Assembly: GCF_018977255.1 (NCBI RefSeq) | Contig: NW_024704742.1 | Span: 134,418,001-134,482,000, forward strand | Reading direction: 5' to 3' | DNA: 64,000 nt | From: Callorhinchus milii | Lineage: Eukaryota | In this document: in pieces, positions 37,221 to 51,314 of the stretch | How positions within the stretch are numbered: position 1 is the stretch's first letter | Layout: each line of letters opens with the position of its first letter | Made by a program: the position numbers and the translations under genes | The notes under the pieces: model-generated | What the model was told of the DNA's origin: nothing | Database searches by the model: none | Seen by the model: only the letters and a program-made list of their open reading frames with translations

Positions 37221-39929
37221 AATGCATTTATATTATTGATGGAGAATGCCAAGGAATATCATATTCTGGCTCAGCTGAAGGGCTGTGCTTTCAGATCACA
37301 CAGATTGATGAATAATTTCTCAAACCAATGTAGGGTGTACAAGAAAGTTTTAGATTGAACCTCATATTAGCCTTAATAATCCCCGAGTCAATTTTCTTTG
37401 GGAGTTGAGCCAAGCAAGCATAGCACAGAGGTCATTTGTTAAATCAAGTCTCCGCTTTGTGCTTCAGTCGTGACAGTGATTTAGCAAATGTGACGTGAAC
37501 TAAACTGCGATTTGCTCTTGTAAATGATGCCTTTCCAGATCGGACTCAGATCAGACGTAGATCAAACTCACAGCTATTGACAGATGCAATGGGGAGGTTC
37601 TGCTCAGGGAGATTTAAAGATTGGAAGCAAGTCACGCAAAATAAAAAATTGGCTACTTCAATCCACGACTGCTTGTGAGACGCTGCTGTGCGCAATTGGC
37701 TGCCGCATTTCGCCCACAAAATATACAGTCAAATCACTTTACAGTATATTCTGTGAAGTGCTTTGAGACGTCTCGAAGGCGCTATATCAAATGCAAGGAT
37801 TATTATTATGAAGTCAACAACAACAACTTGCAGTTATAAAGCGCCCTCCACATAGGGTAGAGTCTCAGAGTGCGTAACAGTGGCCTCACTCCAGAGCGTT
37901 ATTAAAAAAAATAGGGTTTTAAAACCAGCAAAGATGGAACAACAGCTCATATTTATACAGCACCCTTCAAGTGTGGCGGTGTCTCGGAGATATTAATGGT
38001 GGTGTAGTTTGATTCTGAGCCAGGGAGAAAGGAGAGATAACTGCAGGGACTGCCGAAGAGGATAATCTTCAGTCGCGAGAAGGGGCAAGGGGAAGAGAGA
38101 GGAAGCAAGTCAAAGAGATGTCCTATTGAGATGCACTAGCTTAAAAGTTCCTCAAGTGACAATACACAAGTGAGTATCTCCAGTCTATGTTGCAGAGTTG
38201 AGTTCAGCCAGCGAACTGCAGCCAGGCTCCCAAGCTAAATTATGGCCAACTTCCGGTTCATCTTGGTGCAGCCAACATCAACAACAACAACTGGATAATT
38301 ATTTGGGAAGGACAAGTTTGCAGGGCTATGGAGAGAGCGGGGGAGTGGGATTGAATTGGATAGCTCTTTTCAAAGAGCCGACACAGACACGATGGGCCAA
38401 ATGGCCTCCTTCTGTGCTGTATAATTCTATGATTCAACAACTTGCATTTATATGTGATACATGTGACATGACAGAAAATTACAGTGAAGAAAGCCACTCC
38501 GCCCACTGGGACAACAATTCCTCAAGTGAAGTTGGTCGTTCAAAGGCGCTGTACAAATGTCATTTGTTGTTGTTGTTCACCTGATGGCAGTTGCTGTGTG
38601 CAAATTGGCTGCTGTGTTCACCTACAAAACACACAGTCACTGCACTTTATATTAGACCCTATGGCTTCAGGATTTCTTCCTGACCTGAAAGGTATTACAT
38701 GCAATGCAAGGATTATTATTATCATTTTGTTATGATTATAAGGCTAGTTGGCAATTTACAGACCTGCAAACCCTCCACATTATAACAGGGCTCCACTGTA
38801 TTCAGTTAAGGTCAGAAGTGCAGCCCCAATTATCCTTAGACCCGTTACACAATGGTGGCGCCGGGACAACAGCAGACATCAACTCAGCTCAAACATTTCC
38901 CTCGGGCAACGAGTCATATCTTAAGACCATTTTCCACACTGAGAATTCACTGAATTCTTCAGTGCAAGAGGAGGAGATCACAGCCCGTCTATCGCCTCTT
39001 CGCCACCATTCCTCAGAAAGAGCTTTCCAATTTGTCGCATTCCCCTACGCATTTCTCACCCGCCCCCAAACCCCCCCATTGCCCCTTTTATATTTCTCCC
39101 CGTTTTAAATATTCATCCAATTCGCTTTTAAAAGTATCGCTCATGCCACAGACCCTCCGACTCACTCCCTCCCTCCCTCACCTCTTTCAAGATCAGTCTC
39201 AATTCCTACCTCTTTTTCCACACTTTTACAATAATAATAACCCTTACAATTGATATAGCGCCTTTCACATCATTGAGACGCCTCAAAGTGCTTCACAGAA
39301 TGCATTATAAAGTGGATCGACTGTGTATTTTGTGGACGAAACGCGGCAGCCAATTGCGCACAGCAGTGTCCCACAGTCGTGGGTTGAGTGACCAACTGTC
39401 TTAAGGCTAAGACCATAAGAAATTTGGAGTTTCTGGTGAAGAAACCGAATTGGAACATAAATTAAGATTCCGATACTCCCACCCATAGCTGGGGTGCCAG
39501 CCTGGGACATCCTCACGACATGAACAGCTCTATATCAAGGTAGAATAATATTGTATTGCGTTGTAAAAAGGCTATGGATTCTGCATCAACTACAGTCTGA
39601 GGTAGGTCATTCCATGTTGTAATGACCGCCTGCATAAAAAAACTCCCACGTTTCTCTGGTAACGATAAAAATTATACTTTTCCTGTTACCAACCAGATGA
39701 CAGTAATTAATAAATAATCCTTTGTATAGCCTCTCATATCAGGAGGATGTCTCAATGTTCTTACACTGTACACATTAGAACAGAAGGAGGCCATTCAGCC
39801 CCTGTTCCACCATTCTACTAGGTCAAGGCAGATCTGTATCTCAACTCCAATTACCTGCCTTTGTTCCGTATTCCATGATATCGTTACCTAACAAAAATCT
39901 ACCCACCTCATTTTGAATTCATCCAGCGT

Positions 39930-40225
39930 ATAAAGCATAGTGACTGCATTTTTTGTTCGCAATTGCGGCAGCCCAAATGCACACAACAATGCCCCATAAT
40001 ATAACCACAAAGCAAATGACTAATTTTATCTGGGGGTGGGGGGGGATTGTTGACCGGGACACCGGGAGAAACTGCTTTCGCTTCTCGAGCAGTAACGTAG
40101 GATCTTTAACGTCCAGCTGAACAGGTAGACGAGGCCTCAGTTTAATGTCTGATCTGATAATATAACACTTCCCCAGCCCTGCATTGGAGCATCAGCCTGG
40201 ACTGTACAAGCTCAAAGTCCAAACC
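39930..40225 (-). mobile_element. Older DeuSINE
   Basis: Deu core. Confidence 0.72.
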
Positions 40226-40804
40226 TGGTGTGGTAGGGTTTACGCACCACAAAGTTATAAACAAAACAAAAAAAAACACTTCTGTCCACTCACGCATCTC
40301 GATGGAAGGAGTACAGGTCTAGCCCAGCGAAGTGAAAAGCAAAGAAAGAGAGGCTGGCTTACTTAGAAAACACCAGGTTAAAATTAAATGCAGAATTCCC
40401 TCTGCATCACTCTTCTAAGGTCAAACGCATACATTTCCTGTCCCCGCCCACCACCACCTCTGTTTATCCCCGAACTGTGAAAAGACAAAATCACCTCATC
40501 GGTAAGACAAGGTTTCCCAATGCATCCCCTGCCCCCCACCCATCAACCACCAGAATACTATTTCACTGTTTTAATTACATTTGCTTTTCACAGGTTAATT
40601 ATCGGGCTGCAAGTCACGTTGCCTGGGTTCTGGAGAAACCTGTAGGCGTGAAGACACGGCAAGGTTATTGCCAAATTAATTCGAGACCATTAGCTTTTAG
40701 GCGGAATGAGTCATCGGATGGTGTGTATGTCTGTGTGCGTGACTGTGTGTGTGTGTGTAAATGTGACCTGCCTTCAGCTCACATCATTGCCACGTCTTGT
40801 TTGA

Positions 40805-41155
40805 GAATTATACACTTAGTCGCTCGGTTGCCTCAGAATCAGACGGTTCAAGACCCACGTCGGGACATGGAACTCAGTCTGGGTTGATGGTCCAATGCAG
40901 TGCTAGTGGTGGGGTGGAGGGGGAAAGGGGTCAAAGAGCACTGCATTGTCAGAGGTGCCATCATTCGTATGAGATGGTTAAACAGAGGTCCGGCCTGTCC
41001 TGGTGCAACAGGACATTAAACATCCCATTGCGCTGTTCAAAAAACAAGTTTCTTCCCGTGTCCAGGCCAACAATCCCAAATAGAAATGGTCATTCACTCC
41101 AATGACTGCTATGCACAAATTGGTCGTCATGGTTGCCTACAAATACAGTCACTGT
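40805..41155 (+). mobile_element. Older DeuSINE
   Basis: Head remnant gcctcagaatcagacggttcaag and Deu core. Confidence 0.72.
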
Positions 41156-41179
41156 ATTGATTTGGCGGTATATGATGTA

Positions 41180-41498
41180 TAATAATAATAATGATCCTTT
41201 CATTTGATATAGCGCTTTTCGTGTCTTATCGACATCTCAAAGCGCTTCACAGAATAGACAGTAAAGTGAATTGACCGTATATTTGTGGGCGAAACGCGGC
41301 AGCCAATTGTGCCCAGCAGTGTCCCACAAACAGTCATGGATTGAAAATGACCAATCTATTATTGTTTTTGTTTTTGGAGGGATTATTATTAGGGTGTGGA
41401 GCAAGGAAACCTGCCCAAGGTTTCGCCCTGCCTGGAATCAAACCCAGGTGTCTCGCTTGCAAAGCGAGTGCTCTAACCGCTGAGCTACAGGACTCCAC
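41180..41498 (-). mobile_element. SINE (short subfamily)
   Basis: Full head, body and (ATT)n tail. Confidence 0.9.
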
Positions 41499-41820
41499 AC
41501 AATAATAATAACCCTTGTATTTCATATCGCTCCTATAATTTCTAAATATCTCAAAGAACTTTATAATAATAATTGCTGCTAAGTATAGTCACTGTGCATT
41601 TATGGGTTGATGTGGCCAGCCACCTTACGCACAGCAAATGGCATACTGAACAGCAAAGACCCCTGAGAAACACCCTATTTGTTTTGAATGAATAGGCAGA
41701 TGTGGCAAGGCTTTCCCGCTGCTTGTCCAGCTAGGACCACCTTTGGCTTGCAGGGTTAACAGGAGCTGAGTGCCCTTCCAGGTCCTGCTGCTGAGCCAGT
41801 ATGGCTGTGCTGTTATTTTT

Positions 41821-42625
41821 CATAGATTCATAGAATGTTACGGCACAGAAGGAGGCCATTCGGCCCATCGAGTCTGTGCCGGCTCTTTGACAGAGCAAGT
41901 CACTTTCACTAACCCCAATCACCAGCTTTCTCCCCATAACCCTGCAAACCCGTCTTCCCCAGATACCTATCCAGTTCTCTCTTAAAAGCTGTTATCGAAT
42001 CGGACTTTACTACCCTTTTAGGCAGATCATTCCAAATTCGAACAACTCACTGAGTGAAAACATTTCTTCTAACTTCCCCTCTGCTTCTTTTGGTAGATAT
42101 CTTAAGACTTGACCACGAGTCACAGACACACCTACCAGCGGAAACAGCTTTTCCTTATCGAGCCTGTCGAAACCTTTCATGATCTTGAAGACCTCTATCA
42201 GGTCCCCGCGTAACCTTCTCTGCTCTAATGGGAAAAGTCCTAACTTCTCCAGCCTGACCTCATAGCTAAGGTTCCCCATTCCTAGTATCATTCTCGTGAA
42301 TCTCCTCTGCACCCTTTCCAGTGCCTTAATGTCCTTCCTGAAGTAAGGTGCCCAGAACTGGACACAGTACTCCAGCTGAGGCCTAACCAGTGTTTTGTAT
42401 AGATTAACCATAACCTCCCTACTCTTATACTCTATGCCCCAACTAGTAAAGCTCAGTACACCAAATGCCTTTTTTACTGCCTTATCTACCTGCTCCGCTG
42501 CCTTTAATGATTCGCTTACTTGAACACCCAGATCTCTCTGTACGTTCACCCCCTTAAGATTGAGCTACCAAGTCTATAATGCCTCCTATCATTTTCCCTA
42601 CCTAAATGTATCACCTCACACTTAT
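41821..42625 (-). mobile_element. CR1 LINE 3' fragment
   Basis: ORF 42010-42549 (QRDLGVQV, LYKTLVRPQLEYCVQFWAP, RRLRGDLIEVFKIM); ATTCTATG tail. Confidence 0.92.
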
Positions 42626-43564
42626 CAGCAGTGCTCTGGAGTGCTGGTTGAAGGCTCGGCCACCAAAGATGGCATGGAGGGGACGGAGTACGAGCAGGAA
42701 TCCTGAGTTAAACGCGTGGAAGATGTGAGCAGAGGAGTGGGGTCGGAAAGGATCAACAACAACTTGCATTTATATAGCGCTCCTCACACAGGCCAGAATG
42801 GGTCACAGTGATGGGAGGTTTCAGAGCGTGAAAAAATTTAGAGATCAGGGCGAGAACCTCCCAAACTGTTGGGAGAGAGTGAGGTCTCAGAGTTTGGTGG
42901 GTCGGGTGAGGAAGTGGGTGGCGTAGTCAACTAGAGCCTACGAATGTGGGAACTCGGGAGATCGGGGAAGAGTGAGTGTGTGAGTCAAGTAATGAAGGTG
43001 CAAATAAGGGTTTTATAACAACAATGCTTGCATTTGATTTAGCGCCGTATCACGTCGTTAAGGCATCTCAAAGCGCTTCACAGGATATACTGTAAAATAG
43101 AGCGACTGTGTATGACAGAAACTCCCTTCTTCTTTCAAATAGTGCCATGGGATCTTTAATATGCACCTTGGTTTAATTAACGTCTCATCCGAAGCACGGG
43201 CATTTGGTGCGCAAGGTAAAGAAGAGCCATCTTAAGCCAGTAAGGAGAGGTTAGGATCAACCCTAACAGCAAGGTTCCGGGCCGGTTCAGTGATTCACTC
43301 GCTGAGCAATATCTTACCGAGTCTACTAAGTAACCCATGTACTTTCATTACGACTCACAAGCTAATGAATAACCTAGCACCACATTGCAGACAATAACCT
43401 TGCAACATTGAGTCTGAGAGAAATAAAAAAATACGCTTCAGTCCACACCACAATAACAGAATACATAGTTTGGATGAAAAGCTACTCATTTTTTGCAAGG
43501 CAGAATGACCTTGCAGAAAGACCTTGAACCCAGCACCAGTCTACTCATTTAAAGAGGACATTTA

Positions 43565-43808
43565 ATAATAATAATAATCCTTGCATATTTGTGGGCGAAC
43601 GCGGCAGCCAATTGCGCACAGCAATGTCCCACAAACAGTCATGGATTGAAAATAACCAATTTATTATTGTTTTTGGTTTTGGAGGGATTATTATTAGGCT
43701 CTGTGTGGAGTAAGGAAACTTGCCCAAGGTTTCGCCCTCTGCCTGGAATTGAACTCAGGTCTCTCACTTGCAAAGCGAGTGCTCTAACCACTGAGCTACA
43801 GGACTCCA
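43565..43808 (-). mobile_element. Young SINE with an internal 3' deletion
   Basis: Near-identical head and body; jumps from cacaaatat directly to gcaaggattatt. Confidence 0.9.
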
Positions 43809-44109
43809 TATTTAAAGATTTAAAGATCCCGAAGTATGATTATTAAAAGAGAGAAGGAGGTTTCCCTCAGTAGTCTGACTGACAATCCCTCAGATTAAAT
43901 ACTCGCTCACATCCTGGTTGATTATGGGATTTTGTTTTGTGTTCAGAAATAGCTACCATGTTTTCCTACAAATAAAAACAACAGTCATAATACTTGGTTT
44001 AAATTTTCTGTGGACTCTTCCTCTACAGGCTCTAATGCGATAAGATGTTATCATAAAATATGGACCACTGCCCACAAAACACACACAGTCACACCACTTT
44101 AAGATATGG

Positions 44110-44705
44110 AAAATTTAGGTGAGTCTCCCTACTCCACACGCCTGTTTACCCAGCAGTAAGTAGGAACCTGGTTGTTAGGTGTTTGGGAATCGCTTCCTGT
44201 ATCTTCATAAAAAATTGGTCGCTGAATCCATGGCTGTTTGTGGGACACTGCTGTACATAATTGGCTGCCGCGTTACACCCACAAAATGCAGTCAATCCAC
44301 TTACAGCATATTCTGTGAAGCGCTTTGAGACGTTTCTATGACATGATAAGGCGCTATATCAAATGCAAGGATTATTATTACATTAATTATATTCTGCGAA
44401 GTGCTTGGAAACGTCTCTATAATAAAATGATCTTTGTATTTGATATAGTGCGTCTTCTAGACATCTCAAAGCACTTTACAGAATATACTGTAAAGTGAAA
44501 TGATTGTATATTTTGTGAGCGAAATGCGGCAGCCAATTGCGCACAGCAGTGTCCCACAAACAGTCGTGGAATGAGTGACCAAATTATTATTGCTTTTTTC
44601 TTGAGGGATTATTATCAGGGGTGTCGCTCATGTCCTGCCAGAAATCGAACCCAGGTCTCTCACTTGCGAGGCGAGTGTTCTAACCACTGAGCCACAGGGC
44701 TCCTG
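44110..44705. mobile_element. Tail-to-tail SINE pair (+ 44110-44380; - 44420-44705)
   Basis: Two inverted copies about 40 bp apart. Confidence 0.85.
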
Positions 44706-45499
44706 TATCAAATGCAGAAATTATTATTACAATAAAAAATTGCATTCTCTCTTGGTTTCAGCCCGTTCATAATAATAATAATCCTGCATCAGGTCTTTTT
44801 GACCAGTACATTACTCTCTGGTTCCCACTTTTAGGCATTTGGCACGTAAGCATTTCTCATCCAGTGGATAGTTTAGTATTTGTACCAAAAACGAGGGGGA
44901 TATCGTGCCTATTAAGTCAGAATGAAGTCTCAACATGCTTCAAGGGATAAACTGTAAGGTGTAGTGAATGTGCAATTTGTAGGTCGACACGGCAGCTAAT
45001 TGGTGCACAGCAATGTCCCCAGAAACAGACATGAAGTGAAACAACCAGCATCTCACACGATAAACAACAACATCTTGCACTTATATCACGCCCTCACACA
45101 GAGCGGAGCCTGGTGTCGAGCCGGGAGGGAAGGTGAACGTAAGTACGGTCAAACCAGAAGAGCAACAGAACCTTGTGCTCACATTACATCTTAACCAACC
45201 AGCTTACTTCCTCCACTTAGCAGGCACCGACCGGCCTGCTCCATATTCCCCGCCCTTCCCATCCCAGAATGGGCGATCAAGCTTTCAGCGTACACAGCTC
45301 CAACTTACTGGAACTCCATCCCGGAGTCCCTCCGACTCACTCCCTCCCTCATCTCTTTCAAGGTCTGTATCAAAGTCCTGCTCTTTGACTGCACCTTCAG
45401 TCATCTTTCCTCCCCTCCCCACCCACTTCCCTCAGCTCCCAACCCCCAGCTCAGGTGCTGAGCCCCTTGGGATGCGAAATGCGCAATGTAAACATAAAT

Positions 45500-45800
45500 C
45501 TCTTGTTATCACAACGTCGAGATGTCTCAAAATTCTGTGACGTGTTGTGACTGTATGTTTGTAGGTAAATGCAGCAGCCAATTTTGTGCACAGCGATGTC
45601 TCACAAACAGCCATAAAGTGGGCGACCAATTTTATTTGGGGTGGGGGCAGATAGTTGGCAAGGAATCCAGGAAAAACTCCCTTCTATTTTCAAATAGTAC
45701 CATAGGATCTTTAAAAAGTCCACGTGAATAAGCAGACGGGACCTTGGTTTAACATTTCATCCGAAGGATGGCACCTCCAACAATGCAGAGCTCCTCCACA
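45500..45800 (-). mobile_element. Older DeuSINE
   Basis: Deu core. Confidence 0.72.
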
Positions 45801-45809
45801 CTCTGCATA

Positions 45810-46130
45810 CAAATTTATTACGCACAACCCATTACCCACTGCCTCCGCTCAACTGGCTCCTGTCTTCTGCTTGTCCCTCATGCCCTCCATTCCACCATCG
45901 GTGGCCAAACTTTCAGCCACTACACCCTGAAACTCTGGAACAGTCTTCCTCTATCCCTCCGCCTTGCCCCTTTCTTCCCCATCTTTAGGTCATGCCTGAA
46001 GACTTTCCTATTCAACCATGCCTACGGTCATCTCCCCCTCCCCCGACTGAGTGTCGTGCCCCTCTGCTGTCAAGCACTCTGGGACTCTAACCTGTATGAG
46101 GGGCGCTATATAAATGGAAGTTGTTGTTGT
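45810..46130 (+). mobile_element. L2 3' end fragment
   Basis: LWNSLP..LR..F...LKT.LF peptide; (GTT)n tail. Confidence 0.8.
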
Positions 46131-47074
46131 CGGGCTAGACTGCACGAGTTCAAGGTCTTGACAACCTTCTGCGTCAGAAGCAGCAGTGCTACCGACTGAC
46201 TCGAAGGCACCTGAACCAGGCTGCAGAGCAGGCAGTATGTTGCATTAGGGCACAAGTACCTGGGTTCATTTGATCCACTCTCATGGAAATGTTGTTGAAG
46301 CAGCAGCCTCTCATCGGTGCCAGTGGTGGCTGTACCCTGTCACATACGTGTGTGTGCACACTCGCGCACACACGCACTAACGCACACACACACACACGCA
46401 CAAGCTTCACCGAGGCTCCGAGTGTCCCTGCTCCCAGCCTTCGTGTTCCACCAGCCAAGATGCCTTAAAGCAATAATCTCTGGCTCCGGCCAATCTCGCT
46501 ATCAGCAACCAACTGAAGGTTACAGCCCCTGTTTCGTGAACCAGTAAAACAGCGCATATCTGTTGCGAGTGGGAGGGGAAATTCTGAATCCCTGACACTC
46601 CCTAAATCAGCACAAAGTTGTAAATTGAACCCTGAGCGTTTTTTTTCAGCACCAACATGGAAACACAAAGATCACAAATTATTTTTGTGTGAGTGGTTGT
46701 GTGTGTGTGTGTCTTTGTTTTTCAGAACGCCACGCAGAGAAAAATGCCATGCATTCCTCAGGACAAGTCACTGGAGCAGCAACCACTCCCTGTAAGAGTT
46801 GGTAGAAAAAAGTTGGGAGCGAGGGGGGAGGGGGAAAAGAGGAGGGCCACAATCATAGCTCAATCAGTTAGCCAGTCAATCATTCAGTCAATCAGTCAGC
46901 CAGTCAAAGCACTTGTGAGTTAATATTTATTTAAATTCCATGTGTTGAAAGCAAACAAGCACAATGTAAAGACCGTCAATAACAATAGTAATAATCCTTA
47001 CATTTGACACAGCGCCTTATCACATCGTTGAGACGCCTCAAAGCACTTCACGGAAGGAAGTGGATTGGCTAGAA

Positions 47075-47380
47075 AATAATAATAATAATAATCGTTGCAT
47101 TTGATATAGCGCTTTTCACGTCGGGAGGACGTTCCAAAGCGCTTCACAGAACATACTGTAAAGTGAATTGACTGTATATTTGTGGGCGAACGCGGCAGCC
47201 AATTGCGCACGGCAGCGTCCCACAAATAGTCGGGGATTGAGTGAACACACTTTTTTTTGGGGGGTGGCGAGGAAGGATTATTACACCAGGAAAGCGATCC
47301 GCCAATCGACGAACAACCGGATTCCTACTTATTGCTTGGTAAATAGAAGCGTGTGGAGTAAGGAAACTTGCCTAAAATCT
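47075..47380 (-). mobile_element. SINE (long subfamily)
   Basis: Young-looking tail plus the long insert; head truncated. Confidence 0.85.
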
Positions 47381-47626
47381 TGCCCTCCTGACTTCGCTCA
47401 GGGACTCCACTCACTGCGCCACAGATTGGCAGGAGTTGAGATCTGTGAACCCGCATCAACCGAGCTCCGCATTTCGGCTGTGATTCTTCATCAGCGGCCA
47501 TCACCCCCCCGCCAACCCAGGTCAGCTACTTCCTTCTCCTACAGGAAAGGAATGGTTTCAGGGGTGGGCTGGGGAACGAGAATGAAAACCAGGCCAGTCA
47601 TTGTAAACTCCTACCAGAGGTGCCAA

Positions 47627-47995
47627 ATAATAATAATAATAAAAGAAATCCTTGCATTTGAAATAGCGTCTTATCACGTCTTCAAGACGTCTCAAAGTGC
47701 TTCACATAATACACTGTAAAGTGAAACGACCATGTATTTTGTGGGTGAAACCCAGCAGCCAATTACACACAGCAGCGTCCCACAAACAGTCGTGGATTGA
47801 AGTGACCAATTTATTGTTATTACTTATTTGAAGGAATTATTACCCCCGAAAATTGATCCTTTAATCAACTAACAACTGGGTTCATACTTACTACTAGGTA
47901 AACAGAGGCTTGTGGAGTAAGGAAACTTGCCCTGCCAGAAATCAAACCCAGGCTCTCCCTTGCGAGGCAAGTGCTCTAACCAAGGAACTACACTC
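47627..47995 (-). mobile_element. SINE (long subfamily), head-to-head with SINE head 48035-48170(+)
   Basis: Shared motifs. Confidence 0.85.
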
Positions 47996-48944
47996 CAAAT
48001 AGAAGGAAAGAAAATAAAGAAAGGAGAATGAAGGCAGGATCCAGTGGCATAGTGGTTAGATCACTCATCTCACAAGCAAAGACTTGGGTTTGATTCCTGG
48101 GCAGAGCGAAGCATTGGTCAAGTTTCCTTATTCCACACACCTTTATATCGAGCAGTAAGTAGGAACACGATTGACAGCAATCAATTTGCACTCAGCAATG
48201 CCATAGAATCATAATCTTATAGCACAGAAGCAGGCCATTCGGCCCATTGTGCCTTGCATCAGCCAACTGCGCGCAGCAGTGTTCCACAAACAGTCGTGGA
48301 TTGACTGACCAAATAATTTTTTTATTTGAAGGGATTATTACCCATGCCAGTTGACTAACAAGCATCTCAAAGTGCTTCACAGAATATATTGTAAAATGGA
48401 TTGACTGTGTATTTTGTGGCCGAAACACATCTGCAGGAACATCGGACAGGACGAAAGGAGAAGACCTGTGTCAGGCTTAATTCCCTGAGGGTTGACTACG
48501 CATGAGCTAGAAGTTCCACCTGAGATTTACTTTATCAATGTAGCATTCAGAGCATCCAGAATTTAGCAAATTGTTAAATTCATTCTTGATAACAACAATC
48601 CTTGCATTTGATATAGCGCCTTTCACATCAGGAGAATGCCCCAAAGTGCTTCACACTGGAAAGTGTAATAACCAGTGTTTTGTGGGCAAATATGGCAGCC
48701 AATTGCACACAGCAATGTCCCACAAAAGTGAGTGACCAATTTTATCTGGGGGATTGTTGGCCAGGATACTGGGATAGAGAAATTCCCTCCTTTTTTCAAA
48801 TAGAGTAATGAGATCCTTAATGTTAACCTGAAAGCTTTTTTGTGTGAAAGTGTGAAACCAATTTTTTTGCTCATTAAAATATTTTGTACAAGGGAGCTGC
48901 AAATGATAATGATAACAATAATTTGCAGATCCACCTTTTCTATA

Positions 48945-49410
48945 TCAACCCTGTCTGCTCCCTCTGTTTAGCAGGCTTCGGCCTGCTCCATGTAGCCTCT
49001 CTGCCCCCACCCTCTATTCCACATTCCCCTCGCCTCGCTCCCTCCCTTGCCTCCTTCAAGGTATGTCTCAAGACCCTCCACTTCAACCGCGTCTTAGGCC
49101 ACCCTCCCTGCCCTCCATCCTCCCTGATCCTAACCCCCCGCCACTGCTCGGGTCCATATCTCTGACTGTCCAACAACAACGAATTAGGTTTGTACAGAGC
49201 CTTTCATGTCAGGGGGACGTCCCAAGGTGCTGGACAGTCAGGGATCTGCATCCGAGCTGGTGGTTGGGTTCAGGAGGGGTGGAGGGCAGGGAGGGTAGGG
49301 GTAGGAGGGTGACCGAAGGCACGATCGCTGAGCAAAGTCTTGAGATGGGACTTGAAGGGGACAAGGGAGGGGGCCAGGCGATAGGACTGTGAGATGGAGT
49401 TCCAGAGTTT
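48945..49410. mobile_element. Two L2 3' fragments, tail-to-tail (inverted pair)
   Basis: The + copy ends gactgtcca (~49172); the - copy contains tggacagtc at ~49231. Confidence 0.75.
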
Positions 49411-49774
49411 TGGGATGTCCTCTCGACATGAACAGCACTATGCAAATGTAATTTTGTGTTGTAGTTGTAATAACAATAATACTTGCATTTGATATAGCAC
49501 CTAATCAGATAGTTGAAATGTCTCCAATCTATCTTGTACATCAAATTAGGTAAAAAACATAAGATGACCGATAAAATACATCGTCACTAAACTCGCAAAG
49601 AGCTTTGAGACATCCTCCCAATTTGAAAGGTGCTAAATCAAATGATGGATTATTTATAAGGTATTTTAAAATTTTCAAAAAATTCTTTGCAACAAGTATA
49701 TGGGGTAAACTTCTTCCTGGGTCTAGATAAAATCCTGTGAAGCACTTTGAGATGTTTCATCAACATGATTAGGC

Positions 49775-50072
49775 ACTTTATGAGACGTTAAACAGCTCCC
49801 GCCTGTGCCTATTCATGTAGACTTTCAAGATCCCAAGGTGCAATTCGAAAAGAGAAGGAAATTTCTTCCAAGGTCCTGGCAAACAAACCCCCCCCAAAAA
49901 TTGGTCATTCACTCTGCAACTCTTTGTGTGGACACTGCTGTGTGCAAATTGATTGCCACGTTCACCCATAAAATAGAGTCACCACACTTTACAGTATACC
50001 CTGTTAAGCGCTTTGGGATGTCCTCCCATCGTGAAAGACTCGGTACCAAATGCAAGAATTATAATAATTATT
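49775..50072 (+). mobile_element. Older DeuSINE 3' half
   Basis: Deu core plus tail. Confidence 0.72.
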
Positions 50073-50417
50073 AGTATTCCGATTATTATTATCATCATCG
50101 TCAAATGAATTCATCAATTTGTCAAATTTTGGATCCTCTGAGATGGTATGTTAATAAAGTTACGCTCGACCCAGGTAGAATTTCTATACCACATGTTATC
50201 AACCCTCAGGAAGATAAGCCCGATACAAAGAGGCACACATCAGGGGAGGGATGAGATAGATGCGCAGCAGGCAACACTGCTGCCTTTGCTGATTCTCTGC
50301 ACCATACAACCATATGATCGAGAGAACATACTATTTCAAGACCTGTTTTCACAGCTGGTGACACGGGTCTCTGTCTCTCTCTCGCTCGCTCTCCGACCAG
50401 CACTCTCTATGTATTAA

Positions 50418-50471
50418 GATTACATCTCGTCCATAACTTCAGTCACCTGAAGTTATGGACGAGGTGTAATC
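50418..50471. repeat. Near-perfect 25-bp hairpin with 4-nt loop
   Basis: gattacatctcgtccataacttcag-tcac-ctgaagttatggacgaggtgtaatc; one non-Watson-Crick pair. Confidence 0.92.
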
Positions 50472-50491
50472 AGATGTAATCATCCACCTCC

Positions 50492-51075
50492 TTCCCCCAC
50501 CCCCCCCCACACACACACAATCATATTCACACCAATTATTTTGGTCAATCAAGAACCCCCCCACAACCAGCTCGCCCAACCCACGCACAACAGAACTGTT
50601 CCCCTCCTTCATCTAAATGCACTGCCTCAACCCCCACCCCCCTCTCATATACTTTCACGGCACAGACTCCCCACCCCCCCCACCACCACTACACACACAC
50701 TCCTGCCCCACTTTCCCCCTCGCCTCTCCGCACTCCCCCCTCACCCCACCCCCCCCCACCACACACCTCCCTCCCTCTCACTTCCCTGGAGCTCTCCCCA
50801 CAAGCACACACGAGCATACAGCCTTCTCCCCCATCTCTCCCTCTCTTCTCCCTCGCCTCCTCCCACACACACCTTCCTCTCCCCCCCTCTCTCTCTCGCT
50901 CTCTCCCCACCTCGGACAACTCCCTCACCAACATACACCCTCCTTCCTCGCTCTCTTGGCCCACATGCCCACCCCCCGCCCCCTGGCACACACACACACA
51001 CCCTCCTCCCCCTCTCTCTCTTTCCCCACCGCGCCCCCCTCCGGACAAACACCCGTACACATTCTCTCCTCCCTG
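50492..51075. repeat. C-rich/CT/CA low-complexity tract (G-rich on the transcribed sense strand)
   Basis: Many C4-C8 runs mixed with ctct and caca repeats. Confidence 0.85.
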
Positions 51076-51314
51076 ATACTGGATTTACAGTAACAAACCA
51101 GGGACTATAAGGCAGTAGGGAATCTACGAAGGGGCTATTAGATTTCAACGTCCGTTTGTGACTCTTTCTGTTCCATAGAAAAGAACCGGAAATCACTGCA
51201 ACTGAGCGAAAACCCGTGCAACGCTGTGTTAGTGCAACAAGTACTTAAGGTAGTGAACAATAGCAACAAATGGTCACTTCACATCCTACAAAAATTTTTG
51301 TTCGAACTTAGTTG

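Noticed and set aside
38937..38964. Small hairpins (cactgagaattcactgaattcttcagtg; also aattcactg-atgaga-cagtgaatt near 58332-58355)
   Set aside because: Stems are too short to distinguish from chance or minor repair scars.
47460..47500. CTGATGA...GAAA hammerhead-like spacing on the minus strand
   Set aside because: No stem II and no convincing stem I; chance match.
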